DNA of 43,671 nt from Chrysochromulina tobinii. Taxonomy: Eukaryota. A program made the translations under genes and the position numbers. The notes beneath the pieces were generated by a model. It searched no databases, was not told where the DNA came from, and saw only the letters and a list, made by a program, of their open reading frames with translations. The stretch spans positions 1 to 43,671 of the forward strand of contig JWZX01003082.1 in the NCBI GenBank assembly GCA_001275005.1, given 5' to 3'. The stretch's first letter is position 1. Each line of letters starts with the position of its first letter. Shown here in pieces: positions 31,255 through 41,532 of this stretch.

Positions 31255-33240
31255 TCAAACCGCCAAGGCAGGGTTCACGGGCGATTGGCGGACCGTAAAC
31301 GAGGGTGGACGGGCCGCTCTGAGGTCGATTGTCATGGTCGCCTGCGGCATCTCCACGGATCCGGCCTCCGTCGACTTGTTTGACGACTTGTTCTTCTTCT
31401 CAGCCACATCAGGCTTCACCTTTCTTTTAGGCTCTTTGTCCAGGTTGAGCCGACGGGCGAGGCGCCATTCAATCGCCTTGGACATCGCACGGCTGACTGG
31501 CCAGATAAATAGCGCAATCCCCACAATGGTGCAGAGGTACATGGCGAGGTAGGCCATCACTGGCGCCGAAGCAATCGCATTTAGCGCCGCCGCACCCGCA
31601 GTGAGCCGATTGCTCTCAACGTGTAGCGGGAACACGATTGGAAAGGTGGAAGAGTTGAACACGTTTGCAAAGAGGGGCCCGTCAAAGGTAGTTCGATCAA
31701 AGCCCACGATGTTGAACATGAATGGCATGTTATACTTGAGCACCTTGCCGGTGAGCGGCTCGATGTAAAGTTCGTGGCGCATCGTCGGTTCGTCATAGGC
31801 TAGCGGCGTGCCTCCCAGGGTCTCGAAGGTCGCCGATTCACTCAGGCTGTGACTGGCCTTACCAAAGTATGGCAAGGTCAGCGCGTATGGGTACATGATG
31901 GTCTTGTAGCCAGCCCACACATTCGGCCCCCAGAGCATGCCAAAGTCGCACCTGCCAGTGGCCGCGCAAGCTCCAGCCTCGTCTGGGACGCCGTCGACCG
32001 TGAGGGCACCCGCGCTCTCATCCATGGAATACTTGACCACGTACAGGCTGTTGATGATGAGCTCATGAGTGCATGCTCCGCAAGAGAAGGGAAGGCGGCG
32101 GTAATGCTTTGAGAAGTCCGTGAAGTCGAAGCTCGACTGGCGTGGCGGCGCCTTCGCAGGATAGCCAGATTCGAAAAAGGAGGGGGCGGCTGAGATGGGC
32201 GGCATCGGCTGACTCGAGAAGGGGGAGAGTGCCCCGCGCGTGCCGGAGATGTTGAAAATGGACATGCACCCGGTAAGGCGCCCTGCAAGGCGCAGCGCAA
32301 GAGGCTTGGGACTCAAGATGCACCCAGCGGGGCTGGAGATGCCGTCGTTGTCGAACGGAACGCCTTGCACACCCCACTGACCTTGGTTGTACGAGTCGCT
32401 TGCATACGTGAAGCCGCGTAGGCCGTGCTGGATGCCGATCAGGCTGGGGTTATTCTTGCCCGTGAATGTCAAGGTCTCGAACATCGTTCCGGTCGCACTC
32501 CCCGTCGCGATAGCCTCCTCGAGGGATGCGCGAGTCGGGTAGTCGTTGTACTCGCCCATGTGGAATTCCGTGATGCGGGAGCCCCCCAGAAGCTGCAGAG
32601 CCGCCGCCGGAAGGGAGGACGTGTGGCCGTAGATGAGCTCGCTGATAGTGCGCCGAACGAAGATGCCCACGTTGTTGGGTGTCGTCCCGTCCAGCCGGAG
32701 CTGTTGAGTGTCCGCTTCGACCATGTCGTACACGGGCACGCAAGCGAATGCAAGCGGGTGGGAAGAGTTTGGGTCGCGCATCTCCCGTATTGCCTGCTCG
32801 CCCCCGCAAAACCTGATCAGGCCAGCCAGAATGCTGTGTGCCGTCACGATCGAGAGCTGCGCGTCCGCCGGGTCGGAGAACTCCAAGTGGAAGTGCGTTT
32901 TTTCAGAGAACGTCTCCGCATCATCAGTGAGTTGGGCGTCGAAGCTCTCCGCCGAGAAACGAAAGGTGATCGGCACGGCCGCAAATATGGGCTTCGGCGG
33001 TGGCGAGACAGTCTGCAACTCGTACGCGTTGGTCACGTTCAGGAAGACATATTCGACCGGCTCATTCCTGATCATCTTGTTGCCAATGTCCCTTGCAGCG
33101 GCGAGCTTGGAATCGGTGTCAAGCGTGAGGGCATTGATCAAGGCATTCGTGAACATGGCCGGGAGGATGACATTGCCGAGCGCCAAAAAGACGGGGCTGC
33201 TGATGATCGCGCACAGCGCGCACACGTCCTTGCGTTGCAT
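31255..33240 (-). CDS. CD36/LIMP-2/scavenger receptor class B-like membrane protein
   Basis: N- and C-terminal TM segments around a large ectodomain with YVFLNVTN, RTISELIYG, ISGTRG, LTLPYF, HELYIEPLTG..FMFN and VFPL. Start placed at ATG 33240. Confidence 0.75.
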   Translation of the reverse strand: MQRKDVCALCAIISSPVFLALGNVILPAMFTNALINALTLDTDSKLAAARDIGNKMIRNEPVEYVFLNVTNAYELQTVSPPPKPIFAAVPITFRFSAESFDAQLTDDAETFSEKTHFHLEFSDPADAQLSIVTAHSILAGLIRFCGGEQAIREMRDPNSSHPLAFACVPVYDMVEADTQQLRLDGTTPNNVGIFVRRTISELIYGHTSSLPAAALQLLGGSRITEFHMGEYNDYPTRASLEEAIATGSATGTMFETLTFTGKNNPSLIGIQHGLRGFTYASDSYNQGQWGVQGVPFDNDGISSPAGCILSPKPLALRLAGRLTGCMSIFNISGTRGALSPFSSQPMPPISAAPSFFESGYPAKAPPRQSSFDFTDFSKHYRRLPFSCGACTHELIINSLYVVKYSMDESAGALTVDGVPDEAGACAATGRCDFGMLWGPNVWAGYKTIMYPYALTLPYFGKASHSLSESATFETLGGTPLAYDEPTMRHELYIEPLTGKVLKYNMPFMFNIVGFDRTTFDGPLFANVFNSSTFPIVFPLHVESNRLTAGAAALNAIASAPVMAYLAMYLCTIVGIALFIWPVSRAMSKAIEWRLARRLNLDKEPKRKVKPDVAEKKNKSSNKSTEAGSVEMPQATMTIDLRAARPPSFTVRQSPVNPALAV

Positions 33241-33655
33241 GTCAGAGGAGAGTGCGCGTCGAGCGATCGTCCGGCGAATGGTGCTTGCGAAACTTTGTGT
33301 ATGGCCGCGGGCGGTGATGACGTTCACAATCCGCGTGAGGCCTGCCAGGCCACACCCTGAGTCCCGGAGGCATGCAGTAGCATGCTTTCCCAAACCGTCA
33401 ACTGTGTTACCAAATTAGTGTGTAACTGGCAGGGCGCGAGCCCTCCAGTTTGTAGTGCAGTGAGATTCCCGCGTTGCTTTCACACGCGTTTTTCATGACT
33501 AGCCCGTGGAAGTACTCGGGCCAGTCGGTGCCTCAGGGCACGCCGCCTGTTGGGACGGCCGGCACTGGGCACCCTGCACGCACAATCAAACACTCGCCCT
33601 GTCGGGCGAGGTTTGTCCACCTGTTCTGTTCTAAAATCTCAAAATCTCCCAACAG

Positions 33656-36600
33656 CTACCTCTGCTGTACTTTACGTAGTTTTCCCGGAGCCGATGGGTC
33701 AGTGCGAGCAGGGGCTCCACCTCGTGTGGCGAGCGTGAGCATGATGGTGTCGAACGCGTCCGGTGCGCCGCCGTCAACGACTGCCTGCAGCTTGACAAGG
33801 GCGGGATTGTCCTTCAAAAAGTCGGTCGGCAACGTGCGAGTTGGGTGGCTGGGCAGGAATCGATCCGCTTCGAGGAAGCTCTTAGCGTATACGAATCGCG
33901 TCCAGAGGCGCTCCATAGCTTCGCCCATAGAGCGGCGCGTGCTGGGGAGTACGGAGCGTAGAAGGCCGTCGAGCTGCTCGACGTCCTTCTCCGCGATGCG
34001 GATGGCGAAGGCAGAGTAGTTGAGCACGGTCTCAAAGGGCATGTGCACATTATCCATGATGATCACAGGGATGCATCCGTGCCGCACGGCGTCGTCGACA
34101 CGCGACGACCAGCCATCGCCGCCGGGGGGCACGATGCAAAAGTAGGATGTGCTCAGGTCGTTGCTGTAACGGGAGCCCACCTTGTTCTCGAGGTGCCAGC
34201 CAGGGACGCCCTTGAAGGCTTTGTAGAGCCGTTGCCGGATGCCACGCCCGTACTTAAGCGGCTCGTTCTGGGCCAGATTGCCGGAAAAGTACGCGAGGGT
34301 GGTGCGCGGCTGGCTGTCCCACGGCGGAGGGCGGGCTGACTGTGCGGTGCCCAACACGGCGCGATGCTGCTGAGCGCCATGTTGGGCTGGCTGCTGAGCG
34401 GCGGGCATCTCGGTGGGCTTCTCGGCGGGCTTCTCGGTGGCCGTCCGGAGCCATGGCGTCGCCTGCCATTTGGCGACGGGGGCGAAGACCGGGATGACGA
34501 GATCACGATCTGGCCGGTAGCACGGGTGCGTCCCAATGAGAGCGCGCGAGCCCCCCTGCCGCGCGGGCGGGAAGCTCCAGGCCTGACCAGCGGGCGCACG
34601 CTGGTCGAGGGTCCAATGAGCCTCCCAATTATCGGGTACGTACCGGCTGCTCGAGGTGGGCTTTGCGTCCATGCGCCCCCAGTGCGTGAGCACGATCGAG
34701 TGCTCGAAGAGCTCGAGGGGGGCCCAACACGCTCCTTCGTCGTGTGGGAAGAGCCACAGGTGGTCCACGCGGCCGCTCGCGACGGACGCGTTGAAAAACG
34801 GCCAGCGCTGCCGTATCTGCTGCAGCGCATCGAGCGCCATGCGCATCGCCGTCACCGGCCGCATCGGGAACCCAGTCGCGAACGGGCCCGGGCCGACCCA
34901 ATCGTACACGGGCAGGATGGTGCAGGCAAGGTAAGAGGGGACGTAGAAAAAATCAGCCGAAGCTCCGTCGACGGTGCGGTGGGGTGAGCGCAGCAGCCAC
35001 TCGTGCAGGGCCGTCTCGATTGTGTACGCGTAGTTGTCGTTGAAGACGGTCCGATTTAGCTCGTCAAAGGTGCGATGCACGCAGTAGCCGGCGTAGCCGC
35101 GGTACTGTAGGATGAGGCTCGTATGGTCCCAGAGCTCATACACGTACACCGAGGGGCGCCGAGGAGCGTTGTGGGCGGCATGGGCGGCATGGAGGGTGAC
35201 GTGCCCGTCGGCCGCGCGCGTCGTCATCGAGCAGTCGACTCCGAAGAAGCCCGGGTCGCAATGGCAGAAGCCGCCGCCGTGAGCGTCGCATAGGCCGTGG
35301 CCCGAGCACTGGTTGAGGCAAAACGGTTCATGGCGTTCATCGCACAGAGGGCCATGCAGGCCGTCGTAGGTGCACGGGCACAGGTGAGCCACCGCGCTGT
35401 CTAACGCGTCCGCTGGCGTCGCGTCACACCACGCCGCCGGCGCGGCGGGAGTGGCGGCGGAGGTGGCGGCGGAGGTGGAGGTGGAGGTGGAGGCAGCGGC
35501 GGCTGCGGTGGCTGCGGCGGCGGAGGCGGCTGCGGCGGCGGAGGCGGCTGCGGCGGCGGAGGCGGCGGCGGCGGCGGAGGGGGCAGCCTCGTAGCTTGCG
35601 GCCCAGCCGTCACTCTCGGCTGGTGAGAGCCGATGCAGCAAGCTGTGCAGTGGCCACGTGCCTCGTGCGGAGAGCTTCTGATAGAGAAACGCCCCCCGCG
35701 CCGCCCGCGCCCCGCCCTTGAGGATGGGCCCCCACGGTGGACCCATGAGCTTCAAGGGCAGCTCGGCGGCGGCGCGGAGGGCTGCCTCGCGCTGTACATT
35801 CTGCTCTATCTCTCGACGACGGGCGGCGTCCATTAGGCGGCGTGCTGGGGGTCGTCCCACCTGCTGATTCCGACGTCGTCGCGGTGACAACATTGACGAA
35901 GCACTCATTGACGAAGCACCCGCCCAGTTCGGTGCCATATCGGGCGAGCCTGCAAGCTGTCCGCCGCCGCTGCCGCCGCCGCTGCCGCCGCCGCTGTCCA
36001 GCCGATACGCATGCGGGACATCGTTCGCGCCCACCTCGATGCGCCAATCGCCGCCCTTGTCGCCAAACCAGAAGCGTCGGAGCACGCTGGACCGTTCCGT
36101 CGGATTGACGCGGAGCGCGGCTGTGCGACCAGCTAGATCGTCTTCGAAACGGCGGCGGCGGAGGACCTCCTGGGAGCGATCGAGGCCCGACCCCTTACCC
36201 ACGCCCAGGTCGAGTCGGCTCCCATTCAACGCAAACCGGATCCACGCCGGGTCCGGCTTCAACCCGAGCGCTGCGAAGGCATCCACAGGCATGTACTTCA
36301 CCTGGCACGTGTCGCTCATGGGCCGTCTGTTGATGCGCCCCGGGCAGAAGCAATAGCCGCGCCGCTCGTCGCACTCGCCCGCGCAGTGGCTCGCGTGCCA
36401 CAGCCCATCAGTCGGGCCGTTGCACCCGCGCACGTTCGCGCGCTCGCATGCAGAGCCGTTGAAGCCAGCCTCGCACGCGCAGACTCCCGTTTGCTCATCG
36501 CACACGCCGTGGCCGTGGCAGTCGGCAACGCACGCGCGCCGGCGCACGCCGACGACGTACGGCGAGATAGGTGCCGCTGAGAGCTCACGTGTCGCGTACC

Positions 36601-37018
36601 ACGTGCGGCACGCGTCCGCGGCAAGGAGACCAGTACACCGGCGAGTGGCCAACTCGTCCTGCGCGCCGGTCACAGCAGCTGCAGGTGTCTGCTGAACGTC
36701 GAGGTCTTTGGTGAGCGGACGCGGCCATGAAGGTTGTGTGAGCGTGCTCGAGTCAGACTGCGGAGGAGTTGATGCGTGGCTGGCGATGGCGTCGCTGGCG
36801 ATGGCGTCGCTGGCAATGGGGCGATGGGTCATCACGATGCGTGTGGGTCGGTGCTCGGTCTCCTGCTGCGAAAATCGCTGCAAGCACCACACGACTGCCA
36901 GCAGCACGCCTACAATTGCAAAGACTTCATACGGGCGTCGCCACCACGGACGTGTCCCTGTGGCGCGACCTGCGACGACCGATCGCGACTCGAGGGCTTC
37001 GTAATACGCACCTCGCAT
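33656..37018 (-). CDS. Exostosin-family (GT47) glycosyltransferase with EGF-like domains, type II membrane protein
   Basis: N-terminal TM. EGF-like CHGHGVCDEQTGVCACEAGFNGSAC and CSGHGLC..CHCDPGFFGVDC. GT47 motifs PSVYVYEL, SPHRT..ADFFYVP, HDEGACW, FCIVPPGGDGWSSR..AVRHGCIPVII. Confidence 0.92.
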   Translation of the reverse strand: MRGAYYEALESRSVVAGRATGTRPWWRRPYEVFAIVGVLLAVVWCLQRFSQQETEHRPTRIVMTHRPIASDAIASDAIASHASTPPQSDSSTLTQPSWPRPLTKDLDVQQTPAAAVTGAQDELATRRCTGLLAADACRTWYATRELSAAPISPYVVGVRRRACVADCHGHGVCDEQTGVCACEAGFNGSACERANVRGCNGPTDGLWHASHCAGECDERRGYCFCPGRINRRPMSDTCQVKYMPVDAFAALGLKPDPAWIRFALNGSRLDLGVGKGSGLDRSQEVLRRRRFEDDLAGRTAALRVNPTERSSVLRRFWFGDKGGDWRIEVGANDVPHAYRLDSGGGSGGGSGGGQLAGSPDMAPNWAGASSMSASSMLSPRRRRNQQVGRPPARRLMDAARRREIEQNVQREAALRAAAELPLKLMGPPWGPILKGGARAARGAFLYQKLSARGTWPLHSLLHRLSPAESDGWAASYEAAPSAAAAASAAAAASAAAAASAAAATAAAAASTSTSTSAATSAATPAAPAAWCDATPADALDSAVAHLCPCTYDGLHGPLCDERHEPFCLNQCSGHGLCDAHGGGFCHCDPGFFGVDCSMTTRAADGHVTLHAAHAAHNAPRRPSVYVYELWDHTSLILQYRGYAGYCVHRTFDELNRTVFNDNYAYTIETALHEWLLRSPHRTVDGASADFFYVPSYLACTILPVYDWVGPGPFATGFPMRPVTAMRMALDALQQIRQRWPFFNASVASGRVDHLWLFPHDEGACWAPLELFEHSIVLTHWGRMDAKPTSSSRYVPDNWEAHWTLDQRAPAGQAWSFPPARQGGSRALIGTHPCYRPDRDLVIPVFAPVAKWQATPWLRTATEKPAEKPTEMPAAQQPAQHGAQQHRAVLGTAQSARPPPWDSQPRTTLAYFSGNLAQNEPLKYGRGIRQRLYKAFKGVPGWHLENKVGSRYSNDLSTSYFCIVPPGGDGWSSRVDDAVRHGCIPVIIMDNVHMPFETVLNYSAFAIRIAEKDVEQLDGLLRSVLPSTRRSMGEAMERLWTRFVYAKSFLEADRFLPSHPTRTLPTDFLKDNPALVKLQAVVDGGAPDAFDTIMLTLATRGGAPARTDPSAPGKLRKVQQR

Positions 37019-38149
37019 TTATAGAAAGTATCGCGAGTGTGCACGAAAACGCGCTTAAGTGCTGTACCGGTAGCGGAACCTACTCTCGGGAGGTCCTTTG
37101 CGTGATGTTGACGCGCGAGCTCCGCGATTGCAAAAAAGGAGATATGGGCCCAGGGGGCGAGGGCTGGGGACCCGCTTTTCTTTATGTTTATCTTTTCGTC
37201 TCTCTACACAAAAACTTGCACCCAGACCCGGTCCGCGGAAACCGCGGACGCCACCTACGGACGCCTCCCACGCAGCCGGGCGGGTCGGCGGCGGGCGCAG
37301 GCCTGCGGCGCACACGCGCAGCCAGCCGCGCCGGCATCGGTGCGAGGCAGCAGCCTCTGTGGGTTACGCACGCGCACCAGGCGGGGAGGCGACGATTGCG
37401 AAGCGCGGCGCGTGGAGACTAGATGGCGGGGCGCGGCGCGTGGAGACAATCGCGCCATCGTTGCCTCCCCCAATTATTCTCGGACGCCGTCTCCCACATC
37501 GCCTTGCAATGCGCTGATGCTTCCTTGCCACCGTGCCCGTCGGGGCGGCGTTGGAGACGCCGGCGGCATCAAACCTGCGTGCACCGACGCGCCCGATGGC
37601 GCGCGCCCCCGTGGGGAACGCAAAGACGCACTCGACACCGTCGCATTACGACGGTGTCGAGCACAAGTGGTGGCTTCCATCGTCATCGCCGCCGCCGCCG
37701 CTGCCTCCGTGGGCGTCAAGCCGCAGGCCGAGGCACCACATTCGCCGCCGGTTGCGCCGCGCGGCGCGCTGCGTCGGTGCCTTCGCCGCCGCACCTGCAC
37801 AGCACGCGCGCGCGCTCCGCGCCATCGTGCTGCGGGCACGAGCTGGCCCGAGCTTGGGAGTCCGAGCGCAGCTCCTCTGTAGCGCGCGCGCGTCAAAACG
37901 CGTGGCGAAAGGTGCGCGCAGGTCGATGGCAAATGGAGAGATGGTTGGAGGCAGCGCCGTCCTCCGACGCGCCTGGAGCCGGCCGCAGCAGGGCCGGAGG
38001 CGCGCGTGCGCCCGTGGCAAAAAAAAGGTGAGCACGAACGGACGCACGAATTAAAGGGGGTCCGAGCCAGTACCCTGAAAGGCTGCTGCGCTCGCCTTTT
38101 TCAGGGTCCCCAGGATTTTGTGGTTGTCGAGCTTTATAGTGCGACGCGG

Positions 38150-39604
38150 ATGCCGCGGACCTCGTCGCGAGCACGGCCGCCCTCCGCACCCATCCACGAT
38201 ATAGGGCCGAGATACTGCGGATCACTCCCCGCCGAGCTTGCCCCTCCGTATCATCTCAACGCATCCTTCGCTGGACGCGACTTCTTCGATGCCTGGACGT
38301 TTGGTGAGTTTGACTACACTGGTGGCTCTAGTGAGTACCTCAGCCGCTCAGCTGCATTCGAAAACAACGTCGTGGAGGCGCACGATACGTACGCGGTGCT
38401 GAGAATCGGAGGGCGCGGGCAGAAGCCGTTCACTCGTCAGACCGTGCGGCTGACGACCCAATCATCTTGGATGTATGGTCTCTTTGCGATGCATTTCAGC
38501 CACACGCCGTATGGCTGCGGCACCTGGCCGGCGTTCTGGACGAGTGCCAAGTCAGGACACTGGCCTGACGGTGGTGAGGTGGACATGCTCGAGTATGCGA
38601 ACTATGACGTCAACGCGCTGAGCTTTCACACGGGTGGTGCGCGTGGCTCGGGTCATCACAAGCGCTGCAAGCTCGACGATGCGAGCGTGCGGCGGTGCAG
38701 CTCAGACAGATTCCCCCTCGATATAGGTCATCGAGGAACCTACCTTGACTGCGAGACCGATTATCCGAATAAGAAGATGGGCTGCGGGCCCGTCTCGCCC
38801 AAAGTCTACATGTCGGGCGTCGGGTGGGCCGCGTCACCCGGGCTCATTGCGATGGAATGGACGCCAGAGCACATCAAAGTCTTCTACTTCCCAGAGGACG
38901 AGATCCCACTGGATCTCAAGGAGGGGGCCCCAAGGCCGGACAGCTGGGATGACTTTATCTCGGGCTACTTCCCATTTGGACTCTCCGAGAGAGCACATCC
39001 AGGATCGTGCCCTGACTACATGCGGTTGCTCGAGCCACAGACTGTGATCCTCAACATCGCCCTGTGCGGCGACTGGGCGTCGCGTGACTTCCAAAAGCGA
39101 TGCCTCAACGAGATCACTCCGCGCGTCAAGGCTTTCAACGGCTCCGAGTGCACCGCGGTCAGTGGAGGCTTCTTCGACCCGAACTACGAGCTCGACTGTT
39201 GCATGAACTTTGTGTACGACCGCGACGGGCTGTACAACGCCGACGCGCTGCTGAAGAATGCCTTCTTCAACATCACCTCACTCAAAGTCTACCAGCGCCC
39301 ATCCGCACCCTTCCCGCCAGCGCCACCGCCGTCACCGCCGTCACCGCCACCATCGCCGCCATCGCCACCAGACCCACCGCCACCACCGCCACCGCCGCCG
39401 CCACCACCACCGCCACCACCGGCGCACCTCGACCAGTTCCCTCTACGGTGGGTGCTCGGCACCGCCGTCTTCATACTCGGAATTGTATGTGGCTGTCGCC
39501 TCAACTTCCGCATGAATTTCCGTCAACACGCGGACATGATCGGTGCTCAGGCCGGCCTGGAAGGCGATGAAGATGGCCTGAAGTACTTTAAGCATGAGCA
39601 GTGA
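38150..39604 (+). CDS. GH16 endo-beta-1,3(4)-glucanase-like protein with Pro-rich stalk and C-terminal TM anchor
   Basis: HTPYGCGTWPAFW, WPDGGEVDMLE (ExDxxE catalytic motif), AMEWT..IKVF, ILNIALCGDWA, poly-Pro region 39300-39422, TM WVLGTAVFILGIVCG. Start uncertain because no clear signal peptide is present. Confidence 0.88.
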   Translation: MPRTSSRARPPSAPIHDIGPRYCGSLPAELAPPYHLNASFAGRDFFDAWTFGEFDYTGGSSEYLSRSAAFENNVVEAHDTYAVLRIGGRGQKPFTRQTVRLTTQSSWMYGLFAMHFSHTPYGCGTWPAFWTSAKSGHWPDGGEVDMLEYANYDVNALSFHTGGARGSGHHKRCKLDDASVRRCSSDRFPLDIGHRGTYLDCETDYPNKKMGCGPVSPKVYMSGVGWAASPGLIAMEWTPEHIKVFYFPEDEIPLDLKEGAPRPDSWDDFISGYFPFGLSERAHPGSCPDYMRLLEPQTVILNIALCGDWASRDFQKRCLNEITPRVKAFNGSECTAVSGGFFDPNYELDCCMNFVYDRDGLYNADALLKNAFFNITSLKVYQRPSAPFPPAPPPSPPSPPPSPPSPPDPPPPPPPPPPPPPPPPAHLDQFPLRWVLGTAVFILGIVCGCRLNFRMNFRQHADMIGAQAGLEGDEDGLKYFKHEQ

Positions 39605-39696
39605 ACGTGAATAGAGTTGGCGCATCTCAAACTTTTTGACAAAGGCGCCGAGTCCTCAGGGCGAGAAGGGGTATAAATGTGTTCTTACCGGTACAC

Positions 39697-40947
39697 ATGC
39701 TGACCGGCGTGCTGTTCACGCTCGGCTTGGCAAAGACCTCTCAAGCCCTTCGCGTCGATCAAGACTGTCAAGCCGTCATCGACGACTACTGCCGAGAGTC
39801 GTGCGATTTGCGTTCGCGGGGCTGCGACTATCCGACCGTGGCACGCTACTCTGGCAAGAGTGGCACAGTTGAATGGCGGTGCTACTCACCGTCGACGCTC
39901 GACAACAACCAGACATACCGCGGTGGCGACTGCTATTGCTCACGTGGCCATGAGATTCAGGAGGCATTGAGCCTCTGCTTCAACGACGTGACGACCGTGT
40001 TTTCAACGGGAATGGCCGGCGAACACTGCTATCGCATTCCGACCATCATTCGCCTCGAGCAGGGCCCACTACTCGCCTTTGCAGAGCAGCGGGATCCGGG
40101 ATGCGGCGATGGCGGCAGCAATAATTTGGTCATGCGCAGGAGCACAGACGACGGCCAGACCTGGGGGGATCTCATCACGATTGCCGCGGGCGGCGGCGCC
40201 CCCTTCTCCAACCCAAACCCCGTCGAGGTCGACCTGGGCGATCACAAGCTTGCCGTGCTATTACACTACGACACGATGAACAACCCGACGAGCGCGCATC
40301 ACGGCTCTAATATGCAGATCTGGAGCTACGACGGCGGCGCCACGTGGGTGAACAGCACCAACATCTCTGCCTTCATGCCTGAGGGTTATGCCGGCTGCAT
40401 GCCAGGGCCTTCCGTGGGAGTGCAATCGATGGACGGGACCATCTACTTTTCGTGCCACGGATTCGGCGTCAACGGGTTCCTGTACTGGTCCCGCGATCTT
40501 GGGAGGACGTGGCGAGCATCCGAGGTCCTCGCCAGCCTAAACGAGTGCTCCATAGCTCTCCTCGCCAACCAGAGCATCGCCATGAACTGCCGCACCGCTG
40601 GCTCGTTTCGCGAGCAGCTCACCTGGGCACCAGATGGCTCGCTGCTCGGCGAGATTAGGCGACCCGCCGGGCTCGTCGATCCGAACTGTCAGGGCTCGCT
40701 CCTCGCGCACGGGGGCGCGCTGTACCTCTCAAATGACAACACAACCTCTGGTCGCACGCACATCGTCGTCAAACGAAGCGCCGACGCGGGACTGACGTGG
40801 GACGAGGGGCGTCTCATCTGGGCAGGCCCAGCAGCGTACTCACAGCTCGTCGGGATGGGGGACTCGCGGCTTGGGCTCCTCTTCGAGCTCGGAGTCGAGA
40901 CGACCTACGAGTCGATCGGCTTTCGCTCGTGGGCAGTAGATGGTTAA
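39697..40947 (+). CDS. Secreted sialidase (GH33, BNR/Asp-box) with Cys-rich N-terminal module
   Basis: Signal peptide, YRIP, Asp boxes STDDGQTW, SYDGGATW, SRDLGRTW and SADAGLTW. Candidate catalytic set: Arg in YRIP, MNCR and SGR, Asp in GCGD, Glu in NEC, Tyr in AYS. Confidence 0.9.
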   Translation: MLTGVLFTLGLAKTSQALRVDQDCQAVIDDYCRESCDLRSRGCDYPTVARYSGKSGTVEWRCYSPSTLDNNQTYRGGDCYCSRGHEIQEALSLCFNDVTTVFSTGMAGEHCYRIPTIIRLEQGPLLAFAEQRDPGCGDGGSNNLVMRRSTDDGQTWGDLITIAAGGGAPFSNPNPVEVDLGDHKLAVLLHYDTMNNPTSAHHGSNMQIWSYDGGATWVNSTNISAFMPEGYAGCMPGPSVGVQSMDGTIYFSCHGFGVNGFLYWSRDLGRTWRASEVLASLNECSIALLANQSIAMNCRTAGSFREQLTWAPDGSLLGEIRRPAGLVDPNCQGSLLAHGGALYLSNDNTTSGRTHIVVKRSADAGLTWDEGRLIWAGPAAYSQLVGMGDSRLGLLFELGVETTYESIGFRSWAVDG

Positions 40948-41532
40948 ACTTAAAGCTCCATTGAAGAGAGAAGAGTCTGAGAGAGTGATTCAATTTGAGA
41001 TACTCTCTCTGTCGAGGTCTCGAGGTATGGTGAGCCCCGCGAGGGCCGAGGCTGATCGTCGGGGAGAGACCGACTTCTCACCTCAAAGTTACACTTAACA
41101 CCTTTATAAGGCATAATTAGAGAGTTTGAGAGAGCCGAGAGAGGGTACTCAGTGCTTGTGTCGACCGAGGGAGGTGCGGAGCTGTCCTCTGAGTAACTGA
41201 GACGGCAGACGGCAGGCGCGCTCCCACTGCACGTTCGACGACGACGTTGCTCGACGCGCGTGTCCCCAGACGCTGATCTTCGGCGTAACTTCGGAAGGAC
41301 CGAATCGCGAATGAAGACCGAATGCCACACACACCGGCCCAAGGCGGCGCACGAGTGAGCGAGTGCACTTACATTCCCCCTTCTTTTCATGTTTTTTGGT
41401 CGGAACGTTCAATTGTACTTGTAGTGCGCTGGCGCTGCGGGGAGACGCGACGAAACTGAGACGTGCGATTGTGTGTTGCACAGTCATCAGATCTCCTCTC
41501 GGCCGCACTCCACAGCTGAAATCCTTTCGCGC

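Noticed and set aside
32425..33418. Long plus-strand ORFs opposite the CD36-like gene (and similar shadows opposite DBP5, GT47 and the KQEL protein)
   Set aside because: Antisense shadows with no recognisable motifs.
39300..39422. CCG/CCA-type microsatellites here and at about 35450-35580
   Set aside because: Ordinary coding poly-Pro and poly-Ala linkers.
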